From Candidatus Tremblayella phenacoccinincola (lineage in GTDB: Bacteria; Pseudomonadota; Gammaproteobacteria; Burkholderiales; Burkholderiaceae): a stretch of 32,000 nucleotides of DNA. Shown in pieces: positions 10,862 through 18,744 of the stretch. The stretch spans positions 30,001-62,000 of the forward strand of contig NZ_VMQO03000001.1 of assembly GCF_009805595.3 (NCBI RefSeq), in the 5' to 3' direction. The notes beneath the pieces are model-generated. The model searched no databases. It had not been told where the DNA came from and was given only the letters and a program-made list of their open reading frames with translations. Positions within the stretch are counted from its first letter, which is position 1, and every line of letters starts with the position of its first letter. A program made the position numbers and the translations under genes.

Positions 10862-10936
10862 AAGCGGAGTGGAGCAGTTTTGGTAGCTCATCGGGCTCAT
10901 AACCCGAAGGTCGTTGGTTCAACTCCAACCTCCGCA
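10862..10936 (+). tRNA. initiator tRNA-fMet (anticodon CAU)
   Basis: Near-identical to E. coli tRNA-fMet (…GCGGAGTGGAGCAG…TCGGGCTCATAACCCGAAGGTCGTTGGTTCAACTCCAACCTCCGCAA). It has the initiator hallmarks: a 1:72 mismatch (A1/A72 here) and three consecutive G:C pairs at the base of the anticodon stem (GGG/CCC). Confidence 0.88.
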
Positions 10937-10980
10937 ACTACAGCTAACTTCCCTTCCTAGCTAGGAGCTCTTGGTTTATT

Positions 10981-11183
10981 AGGAGAAGGTAGGAGAGGAG
11001 AGAGTTAACAGCTATAGCTATTAAAGAGCTTCTCTCTCCCCTCTCTTATATATACTTCTACTTCTAACTAACCTTCTCCTCTTCTCTCCTTTCCCTTTCC
11101 TTATTCTTATCCACCTTTCTCCTCTCCTTTCTCCCCCCAGGCTTCCCCCTCAACACATCCAAACATTCCTCTCCTTTCATACC
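10981..11183. repeat. GA-rich arm, short central palindrome, then G-free CT-rich low-complexity spacer
   Basis: 10981-11004 is C-free purine-rich (AGGAGAAGGTAGGAGAGGAGAGAG). The centre contains AGCTATAGCT. 11029-11139 (111 nt) and 11142-11183 contain no G. GGAGAGAG (10997-11004) can pair with CTCTCTCC (11033-11040). The spacer contains CTTCTACTTCTA and TTCCTTATTCTTATCC, which recur in the large satellite at 17408-17963. Confidence 0.8.
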
Positions 11184-11224
11184 GCTAACTATAGTTCCAA
11201 TAGCTACAGCAGCTATAATAGATT

Positions 11225-11857
11225 CTAGCTACTACAAACCACAAACATCTCTGATGAACCAACCCTTGACGTCTCGGATCTTTCAAATATTAAGAACTTA
11301 AAATAGTACTTAAACAACTCACTAATAGCTTCTCGATATTGAGGAAAGAACCTATACAGTAGCTTCCCTTTCTTACTCAGAAACCTAGAAGTAAAAGCTA
11401 ATAAACTCTCAAGCCCTGCTTTGTCAACACATCTAGCTCTTGGAACACTAGCACTAGAACAAACGTCTGCAAGAATAAGATTGAACTTAGAGGACTTAAT
11501 GGTTAACCCCATCCCCATTTCAACCTCAAGTCTGGTTTGGAAGTTGCAGTCTGTGTAGTCTCCGTTAATAAAATATACACCGCTTATGCTTTCCATTTGT
11601 AGCTTATCAATAGCAACAACCTTGTACGTTCCACTGCTAGTCCTTTTTTTAACCTCCAATACATACTGACTCCAACCTCCAGGTGAAGCACCTAAGTCTA
11701 ATATTGTGGTACTTTTCTCAATAAGCCTATATTTGTCATTTATATTCTTCAGAGCAACCACAGAGTTTGTTCTATAGTCTTGAGTTCTTGTTTTTCTAAT
11801 AGATAATTCCTTAGTGTAACGCTTGAACCAGCTGTACGTCTTGAAGTCCTTGCTCAT
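11225..11857 (-). CDS. rlmE: 23S rRNA (U2552 2'-O)-methyltransferase RlmE/FtsJ
   Basis: 210-aa ORF with the SAM-binding motif ILDLGASPGGWSQYV, collinear with E. coli RlmE. The start ATG overlaps the carB stop in ATGA (4-nt overlap, 11854-11857). Confidence 0.88.
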   Translation of the reverse strand: MSKDFKTYSWFKRYTKELSIRKTRTQDYRTNSVVALKNINDKYRLIEKSTTILDLGASPGGWSQYVLEVKKRTSSGTYKVVAIDKLQMESISGVYFINGDYTDCNFQTRLEVEMGMGLTIKSSKFNLILADVCSSASVPRARCVDKAGLESLLAFTSRFLSKKGKLLYRFFPQYREAISELFKYYFKFLIFERSETSRVGSSEMFVVCSS

Positions 11858-14800
11858 ATACTAATTCCTGCTACTGTTTGAAGTTTACAAGTCCTTAATC
11901 TATTAACAGACAAACAACCTTCCACAAATGCTAGCCCACCTCTAATAGTAGAATAATAAGGAACTCCTGTTGTTTTAGCAATGAGCCTGAGAGAAGCGTT
12001 ACGTTTGGATGTTGAAATAACCACTGTTACTCCTTCTTCTATAGACTCGGATTCTTTTATATTTAAACCTTTGCTCCTAATAGCTTTTGATGTATGCTTT
12101 GTTCCGAATAGCTTAAAACCTAAGTTCGAAAGTAGCCGTGCGATCTGAGATATACGCAGCTTTTCTTTGTTGTCCGTGTTGAATAAAACTCCTTTAGATT
12201 CTGATATATCAAACCCACATGAAGCTTGAGACTTAAGCCAGGCTTCCCCAAATGTTCTTCCTACTCCCATCACTTCTCCGGTTGATCTCATTTCTGGACC
12301 TAACATTGGATCAATATGAGGGAACTTGGCGAACGGAAGCACAGATTCTTTAATGGTGCATCTGGTTGTTTTAACGATAATATTAGTTTCGAAACCTAAG
12401 GTTCCTTTAACCATTACTCTTGTAGCAAGGTTCACTAGAGGTAACCCAATAGATTTAGAAACGTATGGTATTGTTCTGGCAGCTCTAGGATTAACCTCAA
12501 GAACAAATATCCTTTCATCATTGGTTCCTAAACTCTGTATTGCAAACTGGATATTCATCAGACCAACTATTTTGAACACTTTTGCTAGCTTCTGTGTCTG
12601 TTCTTTAAGATTCATAATGGTGTTTGGACTAATTGAACGTGGAGGCAAGGAATTAGCTGAGTCTCCAGAATGTACACCTGCCTGTTCAACATGCTCCATA
12701 ATGCCAGGTATAATAATATTAACACCATCGCATACACAGTCAATGTCACACTCTACAGCTTCAGTTAGAAACCGTTCTATAAGAACCTTTGGAAACTCTA
12801 AGCTGTTAGCATGATTAACACACCAACGTAAATCGGCTTCATCATGCAATATCTTCATGTTACTACCACCTAGAACATACGAAGGTCTTACTATCACAGG
12901 ATACCCAAGCTCTCTAACTTTTGCTATGGACTCTTCCTTTGAGTTAGCTATAAAACTCTTCGGTTGTTTGAGTGATGTTCTGCTGATTGCTATCTTGAAT
13001 TGTTCTCTGTTTTCTGTTAGCTCTATAGCTTTCGCTGAAGAACCTAAAAGTCTTATGGATCTTTTGTTTAAGGACTTTGCAATTCTTAAAGGTGTTTGAC
13101 CTCCGAACTGGATTATGACTAGACAGGGCTTTTCTTTAATAGAAACTTCTTCTACGTCTTCAATAGTTAACGGTTCAAAATAAAGCTTGTTTGGAATATC
13201 ATAGTCAGTTGAAACAGTCTCAGGGTTGCAGTTAATCATTATAGACTCAAAACCTCGGTTCTTTAGTGCGATAACAGAATGAACGCAACAATAATCAAAC
13301 TCTAAACCCTGACCGATTCTATTTGGACCACTTCCTATTACTGCCACCTTATTATTAACTCCTGGGTTTGACTCACAGACTCCTTCATATGTTGAATACA
13401 GATAAGCTGTTTTAACTGGAAACTCAGCAGCGCAAGTGTCAATGCGTTTATAAGAGGGGAACACATTTAAGGCTCTTCTCATATAGACTACGATATCTTC
13501 ACTAACATTCCAAAGCTTAGAAACCAAATGGTCAGAAAGACCAAGCTGTTTAATTGTTCGCCATTCTCTCCTAGAAACAGAATTACATCTTTGACCCAGC
13601 AGTCTTACTTCAACGGTTGAGAAGTGCTTAAAGTAAAACAGGAACCATTTGTCAATACAGGTTCTTTCATATATTAGGTTAATTCCTAAACCAACTCTAA
13701 AAGCTTTCATAATGTATAATAGCCTTTTTGGACCAGGAAATGAAAGGAAGGTTAGTATTTTCTCAATGTTCACTTGTAGTTCCAACACATGGACATCATA
13801 ATCTAAACTTCTTAATGACTTCTGGAAAGACTCTGGAAAGCTTCGACCAATTGCCATTACTTCTCCGACTGACTGCATTTGGGTATTGAGAACTGGCTCT
13901 ACCCCTGGAAACTTTTCAAACGTAAACCTTGGTAACTTAGTAACTATATAGTCCACTGTTGGTTCGAAAGCCGCTGGAATACAACCGCTGGTGGATCTGT
14001 TCTTAAGTTCTTCTAAAGAATAACCTACCGCCAGTTTGGTAGATATCCTTGCAATCGGAAACCCAGTTGCTTTTGAGGCCAACGCTGAAGACCTTGAGAC
14101 TCTTGGGTTCATTTCTACCACTACCATCCGCTCACTTTGGGGACAAAGCGCAAACTGCACGTTACAACTTCCAGACTGGATTCCTGCTTGGTTTACTATT
14201 GCAAATGCTGCCTTCCTCATCGATTGATATTCCTTATCTGTGAGAGTCTGAGCGGGTGCCACTGTCATTGAATCTCCAGTATGTATTCCCATAGGATCAA
14301 TATTTTCAATAGTACACACCACCATACAGTTATTATTATAGTCCTTCACTATTTCCAGCTCATATTCTTTCCAACCAAGAAGCGACTCTTCTATTAATAC
14401 TTCACTAACAGGAGACATCCTAAACCCAGCTTTGCATATGGCTACAAACTCTCTTTTGTCATATGCAACACCACCTCCAGCTCCCCCTAAAGTAAACGAT
14501 GGTCTAACAATGATTGGATGTGTCTTGCTAGTTTTACTTTCGATATCAGCTCTTACCCTAAGTGCTTCGTCCACAGTATGAGCTAGTCCTGATAACGCAG
14601 AGTTGAGTCCTAAGCTTTTAACAAGATTCTTAAACAGCTGTCTATTCTCTGTACGTTCGATGGAGTCAGGAGTTACCCCGATACACTCTATGTCCAAGTC
14701 TTTAAGAACAGAAGTATTGTTAAGCTCTCGTAAACAATTTAAAGCTGTTTGTCCTCCCATTGTTGCCAAGATTGCGTCTGGCTTTTCTTTACGTAGTATC

Positions 14801-15027
14801 TCAGCTATCGTTTTAACATTCATTGGTTCTATGTAGGTAGAGTGTGCTAGGTTGGGATCTGTCATTATTGTCGCAGGGTTGCTATTTATCAGTGAGACTC
14901 TTAAACCTTCTTCGAACAATGCTTGGCATGCTTGGGTTCCTGAATAATCAAACTCACACGCTTGTCCTATAGTAATCGGACCTGCACCTAGCACAACAAT
15001 ACTATTGATATCTGTTCTCTTAGGCAT
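11854..15027 (-). CDS. carB: carbamoyl-phosphate synthase large subunit
   Basis: 1057-aa ORF. The N-terminus MPKRTDINSIVVLGAGPITIGQACEFDYSGTQAC, two ATP-grasp halves (second begins NKVAVIGSGPNRIGQGLEFDYCCVH) and an MGS-like C-terminus match CarB throughout. Confidence 0.97.
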   Translation of the reverse strand: MPKRTDINSIVVLGAGPITIGQACEFDYSGTQACQALFEEGLRVSLINSNPATIMTDPNLAHSTYIEPMNVKTIAEILRKEKPDAILATMGGQTALNCLRELNNTSVLKDLDIECIGVTPDSIERTENRQLFKNLVKSLGLNSALSGLAHTVDEALRVRADIESKTSKTHPIIVRPSFTLGGAGGGVAYDKREFVAICKAGFRMSPVSEVLIEESLLGWKEYELEIVKDYNNNCMVVCTIENIDPMGIHTGDSMTVAPAQTLTDKEYQSMRKAAFAIVNQAGIQSGSCNVQFALCPQSERMVVVEMNPRVSRSSALASKATGFPIARISTKLAVGYSLEELKNRSTSGCIPAAFEPTVDYIVTKLPRFTFEKFPGVEPVLNTQMQSVGEVMAIGRSFPESFQKSLRSLDYDVHVLELQVNIEKILTFLSFPGPKRLLYIMKAFRVGLGINLIYERTCIDKWFLFYFKHFSTVEVRLLGQRCNSVSRREWRTIKQLGLSDHLVSKLWNVSEDIVVYMRRALNVFPSYKRIDTCAAEFPVKTAYLYSTYEGVCESNPGVNNKVAVIGSGPNRIGQGLEFDYCCVHSVIALKNRGFESIMINCNPETVSTDYDIPNKLYFEPLTIEDVEEVSIKEKPCLVIIQFGGQTPLRIAKSLNKRSIRLLGSSAKAIELTENREQFKIAISRTSLKQPKSFIANSKEESIAKVRELGYPVIVRPSYVLGGSNMKILHDEADLRWCVNHANSLEFPKVLIERFLTEAVECDIDCVCDGVNIIIPGIMEHVEQAGVHSGDSANSLPPRSISPNTIMNLKEQTQKLAKVFKIVGLMNIQFAIQSLGTNDERIFVLEVNPRAARTIPYVSKSIGLPLVNLATRVMVKGTLGFETNIIVKTTRCTIKESVLPFAKFPHIDPMLGPEMRSTGEVMGVGRTFGEAWLKSQASCGFDISESKGVLFNTDNKEKLRISQIARLLSNLGFKLFGTKHTSKAIRSKGLNIKESESIEEGVTVVISTSKRNASLRLIAKTTGVPYYSTIRGGLAFVEGCLSVNRLRTCKLQTVAGISI

Positions 15028-15030
15028 CTA

Positions 15031-16137
15031 TTATTCCACACTGTTGACTACGGTTATGAAGGCATCAAACAGATATTCTATATCTTTGGGACCTGCACAT
15101 GCTTCTGGATGTCCTTGAAAGCTTAACGTTAAATACGTATAGGTCTCCAACCCTTGGACTGATTCATCGAATAAAGATATATGTGATATCCTGAAAGCAT
15201 CGTTTAGAGAGGCTGGTTCAATGGTAAAGCTATGGTTCTGAGCTGTGGTTACTACAGCCCCGCTGTTTAGATCTTTAACCGGATGGTTGGTGCCATGATG
15301 TCCAAACCTCAAGCGTTTAGTTTTTGCACCCAAGGAAAGAGAAGTAACTTGGTGCCCGAAACAGATACCTAACATAGGAATCCTAGAATGTATTAGCTTT
15401 TTAACGTTTGAGATTATATCTGGGTTTATGCTAGGACTACCAGGTCCATTAGATAAAACTATTCCATCCACAGCTAGGTTCAAAATGTCCTTACAGTTGA
15501 CGTAAGCAGATACAACATAAACTATACAGCTTCTATCCATAAGACATCGCAAAATGCTGAACTTTAACCCGAAGTTTAAAACTATGACTTTATGTTTATG
15601 TTCTAAGCAGTTTCTTTTGGAATGCCAAACAACAGAATTACCATTGAATGTTTCTTTCGCTAAGTCTCTCGTAGATATGTCTATTGAAACTCTAGCAACA
15701 TCAACAGCTATCTGATTAGCGTTCCTACTGGTTATAGCGCATCCTTTGATAACACCTCGAGTTCTTAAGAGTTGAGTTAACAACCTTGTGTTGACTCCAG
15801 ACAAAGCTACCATTCCTGTTTTCCTAAGCTTTTTGTATAAGGAGCTCATTATTCTGACACCAGATTGAAAAGCAGAAAACGAACGTACAATGATTCCTGA
15901 AGCGTAAGCTCTTTGAGACTCAACATCAGTATTATTTATACCTGAGTTTCCAATGTGCGGGAAGGTGAATACAATTAGTTGTCCAAGGTAACTTGGATCG
16001 GTAATAATTTCTTGGTAGCCAGTTATAGAAGTATTAAATATTAGTTCACCAGTGATGATGCCTTTTGCTCCAACTGATCTACCTTGCAATACTGCACCAT
16101 CCTCTAATCCCAAGACTGCATCCAATACGAACCTCAT
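15031..16137 (-). CDS. carA: carbamoyl-phosphate synthase small (glutaminase) subunit
   Basis: 368-aa ORF with GELIFNTSITGYQEIITDPSY, the catalytic Cys box MLGICFGHQ and HHGTNHPV. It lies 3 nt upstream of carB. Confidence 0.96.
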   Translation of the reverse strand: MRFVLDAVLGLEDGAVLQGRSVGAKGIITGELIFNTSITGYQEIITDPSYLGQLIVFTFPHIGNSGINNTDVESQRAYASGIIVRSFSAFQSGVRIMSSLYKKLRKTGMVALSGVNTRLLTQLLRTRGVIKGCAITSRNANQIAVDVARVSIDISTRDLAKETFNGNSVVWHSKRNCLEHKHKVIVLNFGLKFSILRCLMDRSCIVYVVSAYVNCKDILNLAVDGIVLSNGPGSPSINPDIISNVKKLIHSRIPMLGICFGHQVTSLSLGAKTKRLRFGHHGTNHPVKDLNSGAVVTTAQNHSFTIEPASLNDAFRISHISLFDESVQGLETYTYLTLSFQGHPEACAGPKDIEYLFDAFITVVNSVE

Positions 16138-16202
16138 TTAGTTATAGGGTTTCTGTTAATAAAAAGATAAAAGATAATAAACCATCCATACTGGAGGCAA
16201 CT

Positions 16203-16885
16203 ATGATTTCAAAAGTTAGGTATGTTATATTAGATTCTGAGACTACAGGTTTAAATGTGCTGTCCGATAGAATTGTAGAGTTAGGATGCGTAGAGGTAAT
16301 GGAAGGTTCAGTCACTGGAAACTATTTTCATAGTTACATTAACCCAGGCTATTCAAATACTCCTGAAGCTTTTAAAATACACGGCTTGAAAGATTCCTTT
16401 CTTAGAAAACAACCTAGGTTTAAGGAGGTAGCTGATAGGTTTTTGCTTTTATATACGGAGCAGTAATAGTAGCCCACAATGCTTCATTCGATGTTAACTT
16501 CATAGACAAAGAGTTAGTCAGTATAGGCTATCTGCCAACTGCTCGGTTCATCTTAGGAATAATAGATACTCTCACAATAGCTAAGATATTATTACCTAAT
16601 AAGCGTAGTTCTTTAGACTATTTGTGTGATAGGTTCAAGATTCCAAGAGCCAAAAGAATAAAGCATGGAGCTCTGATAGATGCAAAGCTTTTAGCAGATG
16701 TCTTTATAGCATTGAATAAACTCAAAGCAGCAACAGCAGGGTTTAGAGATGGGAGTGTTCCTGTTGATCGTACGTCTCTTTGTAAATGTTTAGCTCTTAT
16801 AGAGGTTAGTAACAGTGAACTGCAGTTACATCAGAACATCCTTAACGAAATAAATAGACTTACGGTTGGTTGTTGCATTTGGTAG
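16203..16885 (+). pseudogene. dnaQ: DNA polymerase III epsilon (proofreading exonuclease), interrupted by one frameshift
   Basis: The ATG at 16203 is preceded by GGAGG (16190-16194). Frame 3 reads MISKVRYVILDSETTG…FKEVADRF and hits a TAA at 16464-16466. The protein continues in the -1 frame from about 16445 (AFIYGAVIVAHNASFD…HGALIDAKLLADVF…) to the TAG at 16883-16885. One extra T in the T5 run at 16440-16444 would restore a roughly 227-aa DnaQ. Exo I (DSETTG), Exo II (HNASFD) and Exo III (HGALIDAKLLAD) are all intact. The 16065 start in the ORF track overlaps carA and is spurious. Confidence 0.85.
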
Positions 16886-16960
16886 TTGGAACCAAAAGCA
16901 TATAGCTAACCAATAGCTGAAGGCATCTAAAAGGATTAGGTTTAGGTTAGGTAGGTTCTC

Positions 16961-17293
16961 GAGAGGATGGTGTGTTGTTTGTGTGTGTGGTTGGGAAGAT
17001 AAAGGTAGGAAGGGATGAGAGGAGGAAGAGTGTGTGTGAAGAAGAAGGTTGAAGAAGAAGGTTGAAGAAGAAAGGAGAAAGGGGGGAGATCTGTGAAAGG
17101 AAGGTAGGAAGGGGAAGGAGTTGCTTTCTAAACTCTTTTGGGAGATGGTTGGGGGGAAAGTCTGGGGGGAAGGGGGGTTAGTGGAAGTATTTCTTTAGTG
17201 GTGGTTTAGGTATTGGTAGTTCAGGTGAATACTTTCATTGGGGTTGGAGTTGGAGTTGGAGTTGGAGTTGAGTTGAGTTGGGTTGGAAGAGAT
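16961..17293. repeat. C-depleted GA/GT-rich low-complexity arm with tandem repeats
   Basis: 16961-17090 (130 nt) has no C, and I count only 10 C in 16961-17293. GAAGAAGAAGGTT occurs about 2.8 times at 17038-17075. (TTGGAG)x4 followed by (TTGAG)x2 lies at 17244-17277. There are several G6-G7 runs (17081-86, 17151-56, 17164-69, 17172-77). Confidence 0.9.
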
Positions 17294-17407
17294 CCCCTTT
17301 TTCTATGCTAGAACAGGCTGACAGTAGGAAAGAACATCTCAGCCTGACAAGACTACTGTGCACCCGATGGAGAAGCTTGGGGTGGAAGGCAGTCGAAGAA
17401 GCTACTG

Positions 17408-17963
17408 TACTCTCTCTCACACACACACACACACACATATATAAAACCCCACACATATATAAAACCCCTCTCTCCTACCCCTCCTCCTACCTCCTCCTTC
17501 TCTTCCCTTCCCTTTCCCTATACCCTTTCCCTATACCCTTTCCCTATACCCTTTCCCTTTCACTATTACTATTACTATTACTATTACTATTACTATCACC
17601 ATCACACATTTCCCCCCACATCCTCCCCACACACACACCTCTCTATATACACCTACATCTACACTACAATACACCTACACTACACCTACAATACACCTAC
17701 ACTACATCTACATCTACTTCTACTTCTACTTCTACTTCTACTTCTATACCTCTACTTCTCCTCTCTAACCCCCATGAAACCCCACACAACCCACACACCC
17801 CCTTTTCCCTTCCTATTCTTATTCCCCTCCCCCCTTTTCCCTTCTCAATACCCTTCCTATACCACCTTACCTTACCTTATTCCTATCCTTTTCCCTTCTC
17901 AATACCTTTCCTAATACCACCCCTCCCCTTTCCTAATACCACCCCTCCTACCTTCCTCTCTAT
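17408..17963. repeat. G-free C/T/A satellite block (micro- and minisatellite array)
   Basis: There is no G in 17408-17775 (368 nt) or in 17777-17963 (187 nt), so 556 nt carry a single G. The block contains these repeats. (CA)10 at 17418-17437. 18-bp ACACATATATAAAACCCC x2 at 17433-17468. 13-bp CCCTTTCCCTATA x3.8 at 17510-17558. (ACTATT)x5.8 at 17562-17596. (CTACTT)x5.5 at 17714-17746. A 20-nt exact repeat CCTTTTCCCTTCTCAATACC at 17833-17852 and 17887-17906. 20-nt TTTCCTAATACCACCCCTCC x2 at 17907-17926 and 17929-17948. Confidence 0.95.
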
Positions 17964-18002
17964 GGACAAACCATATAAACTACCAACACATAATTCCTTG
18001 TA

Positions 18003-18091
18003 GTCCAGATGGAGAAGCTGGTTTCCTCGGGGTTTCCCAAAGCTCAGCTTTCAGTATTTTAAACATATCGATTCAAATCCGACTCTGGATA
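18003..18091 (+). other. degenerate tRNA-like element (possible tRNA pseudogene)
   Basis: A 7-bp acceptor-type stem GTCCAGA (18003-18009) pairs with TCTGGAT (18084-18090), followed by A. It is directly preceded by a T-arm with the canonical loop TTCAAAT (18072-18078), but that stem is only 3 bp (ATCGA/CCGAC with two A:C mismatches). There is a D-arm-like GAG-AAGCTGGTTTC-CTC. The best anticodon loop is TTCCCAA (18034-18040, CCC) with an imperfect stem and about 21 nt of extra sequence. No clean cloverleaf forms. Confidence 0.3.
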
Positions 18092-18138
18092 ACAAAACAA
18101 AAAGGAACATAGCTTATCTCCAACTGGAGGCTTGAACT

Positions 18139-18225
18139 ATGATAAAGATAAACAAGTTCATTGTAGTTCTGTTGGTAATTCTCTGTGGACATCTGTTTGG
18201 TAAAGCATCTAGCAACACCAGCTAA
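18139..18225 (+). CDS. hypothetical 28-aa signal-peptide-like small ORF (may be a gene remnant)
   Basis: The ATG at 18139 has GGAGG 8 nt upstream (18126-18130). The product MIKINKFIVVLLVILCGHLFGKASSNTS has a basic N-terminus followed by a hydrophobic core. There is no homology evidence. Confidence 0.15.
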   Translation: MIKINKFIVVLLVILCGHLFGKASSNTS

Positions 18226-18310
18226 CATTGGCTTTTAGTATAGCCTCCCTGCCTCAACACATCCTCCCCCCCCCACTAGCTTACCTTAACTCTGTTGAGA
18301 CAGACTGATG

Positions 18311-18601
18311 TGGAGATGGTGGGAATCGAACCCACGTCCAAAAGTAAAGCTCGGTTAGTTCTACATGCTTAATCTTACACTAGCTTTTCCAATACACTAC
18401 GCATATATTAAAGAAGAAACTTTAGAGTCTGATTCTTTGTTCTAATGTGTAACAACTGTCATTAGATGTTAACTTAAACCTCTTCTTGTTTGCATTTGCG
18501 TGTTTCTTCTTTTTCTTAAGGAACACTTTGATCCCCCGAAGTTGGAACCATACGCATGCACTAACCTTTCTTTAGCTTTTGTCGAAGCCTTTGACATCCC
18601 C
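18311..18601 (-). ncRNA. ssrA: tmRNA (SsrA), short one-piece form
   Basis: On the minus strand the 5' end reads GGGGATGTCAAAGGCTTCGAC (canonical form GGGGNUG…UUCGAC). The 3' end reads TGGACGTGGGTTCGATTCCCACCATCTCCA (canonical form GGACGNGGGTTCGANTCCCNCC…TCCA). The acceptor GGGGATG/CATCTCC has the G3:U70 alanine identity pair and discriminator A. CCA is not encoded. Length is about 291 nt. The tag ORF is not certain; the only frame opening with a GCA resume-type codon is 18499-18422 (ANANKKRFKLTSNDSCYTLEQRIRL*). Confidence 0.85.
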
Positions 18602-18744
18602 CAGACTTACCTTACTACAGCAACTCAACTTCTATTAACTTCTTAACTCTATAGGATTAGTACATATGAAACCTAAAATGAACCAGCTTTTCCAACAACA
18701 GCAACAACCGTTAACCCAATGGATCAAACAACCACAACAGATAT

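Noticed and set aside
11107-11115. DnaA-box-like 9-mers TTATCCACC (11107-11115) and TCTGGATAA (18084-18092), suggesting a possible oriC
   Set aside because: They are single 8/9 matches, isolated, embedded in low-complexity or tRNA-like sequence, and have no cluster or AT-rich unwinding element. This is insufficient to call an origin.
1857-14836. Antisense or out-of-frame ORFs inside dnaE, cysS, leuS and carB (for example 1857-2138, 2787-3074, 4443-4724, 6600-6836, 8077-8349, 8539-8796, 10186-10407, 12326-12814, 12857-13099, 14036-14243, 14603-14836)
   Set aside because: Each is fully embedded in a long, well-supported gene on the other strand or frame and has no recognisable protein pattern. 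The same applies to 19593-19817, 21539-21736, 22134-22418, 23736-24047, 25777-26001, 26176-26412, 26536-26745 and 28192-28473.
16065-16202. The upstream part of the ORF-track entry 16065-16466, which would extend dnaQ
   Set aside because: This segment overlaps the carA 5' end on the opposite strand and has no DnaQ homology. Homology starts at the ATG at 16203, which has a GGAGG SD.
17145-17180. GGGGGGAAAGTCTGGGGGG resembles the RNase P RNA CR-I motif (GAGGAAAGUCCGGGC)
   Set aside because: The surrounding arm has almost no C and so cannot form the P1-P4 helices. The other conserved rnpB regions, such as ACAGAANCCGGCUUA, are absent nearby. This is a chance resemblance within G-rich low complexity.
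17366-17400. GGTGGAAGGCAG looked faintly like the SRP (4.5S) RNA domain IV GGAA tetraloop region
   Set aside because: The tetraloop lacks closing base pairs, there is no AGCA symmetric-loop partner, and no extended hairpin can be drawn.
17408-17963. Possible CRISPR array, because of the many direct repeats
   Set aside because: The repeats are contiguous tandem units of 2-22 bp without unique spacers of about 30 bp. No cas genes are present. This is satellite DNA, not CRISPR.
17278-18003. 241-aa ORF in the track (with LLLLLLLLLL and TSTSTSTSTSTS runs), and the 73-aa minus-strand ORF at 17235-17456
   Set aside because: These are translations of the tandem-repeat, G-free tract. They show extreme low complexity, no homology pattern and no SD. 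They stay open only because a G-free strand cannot form TAG or TGA and here rarely forms TAA in that frame.
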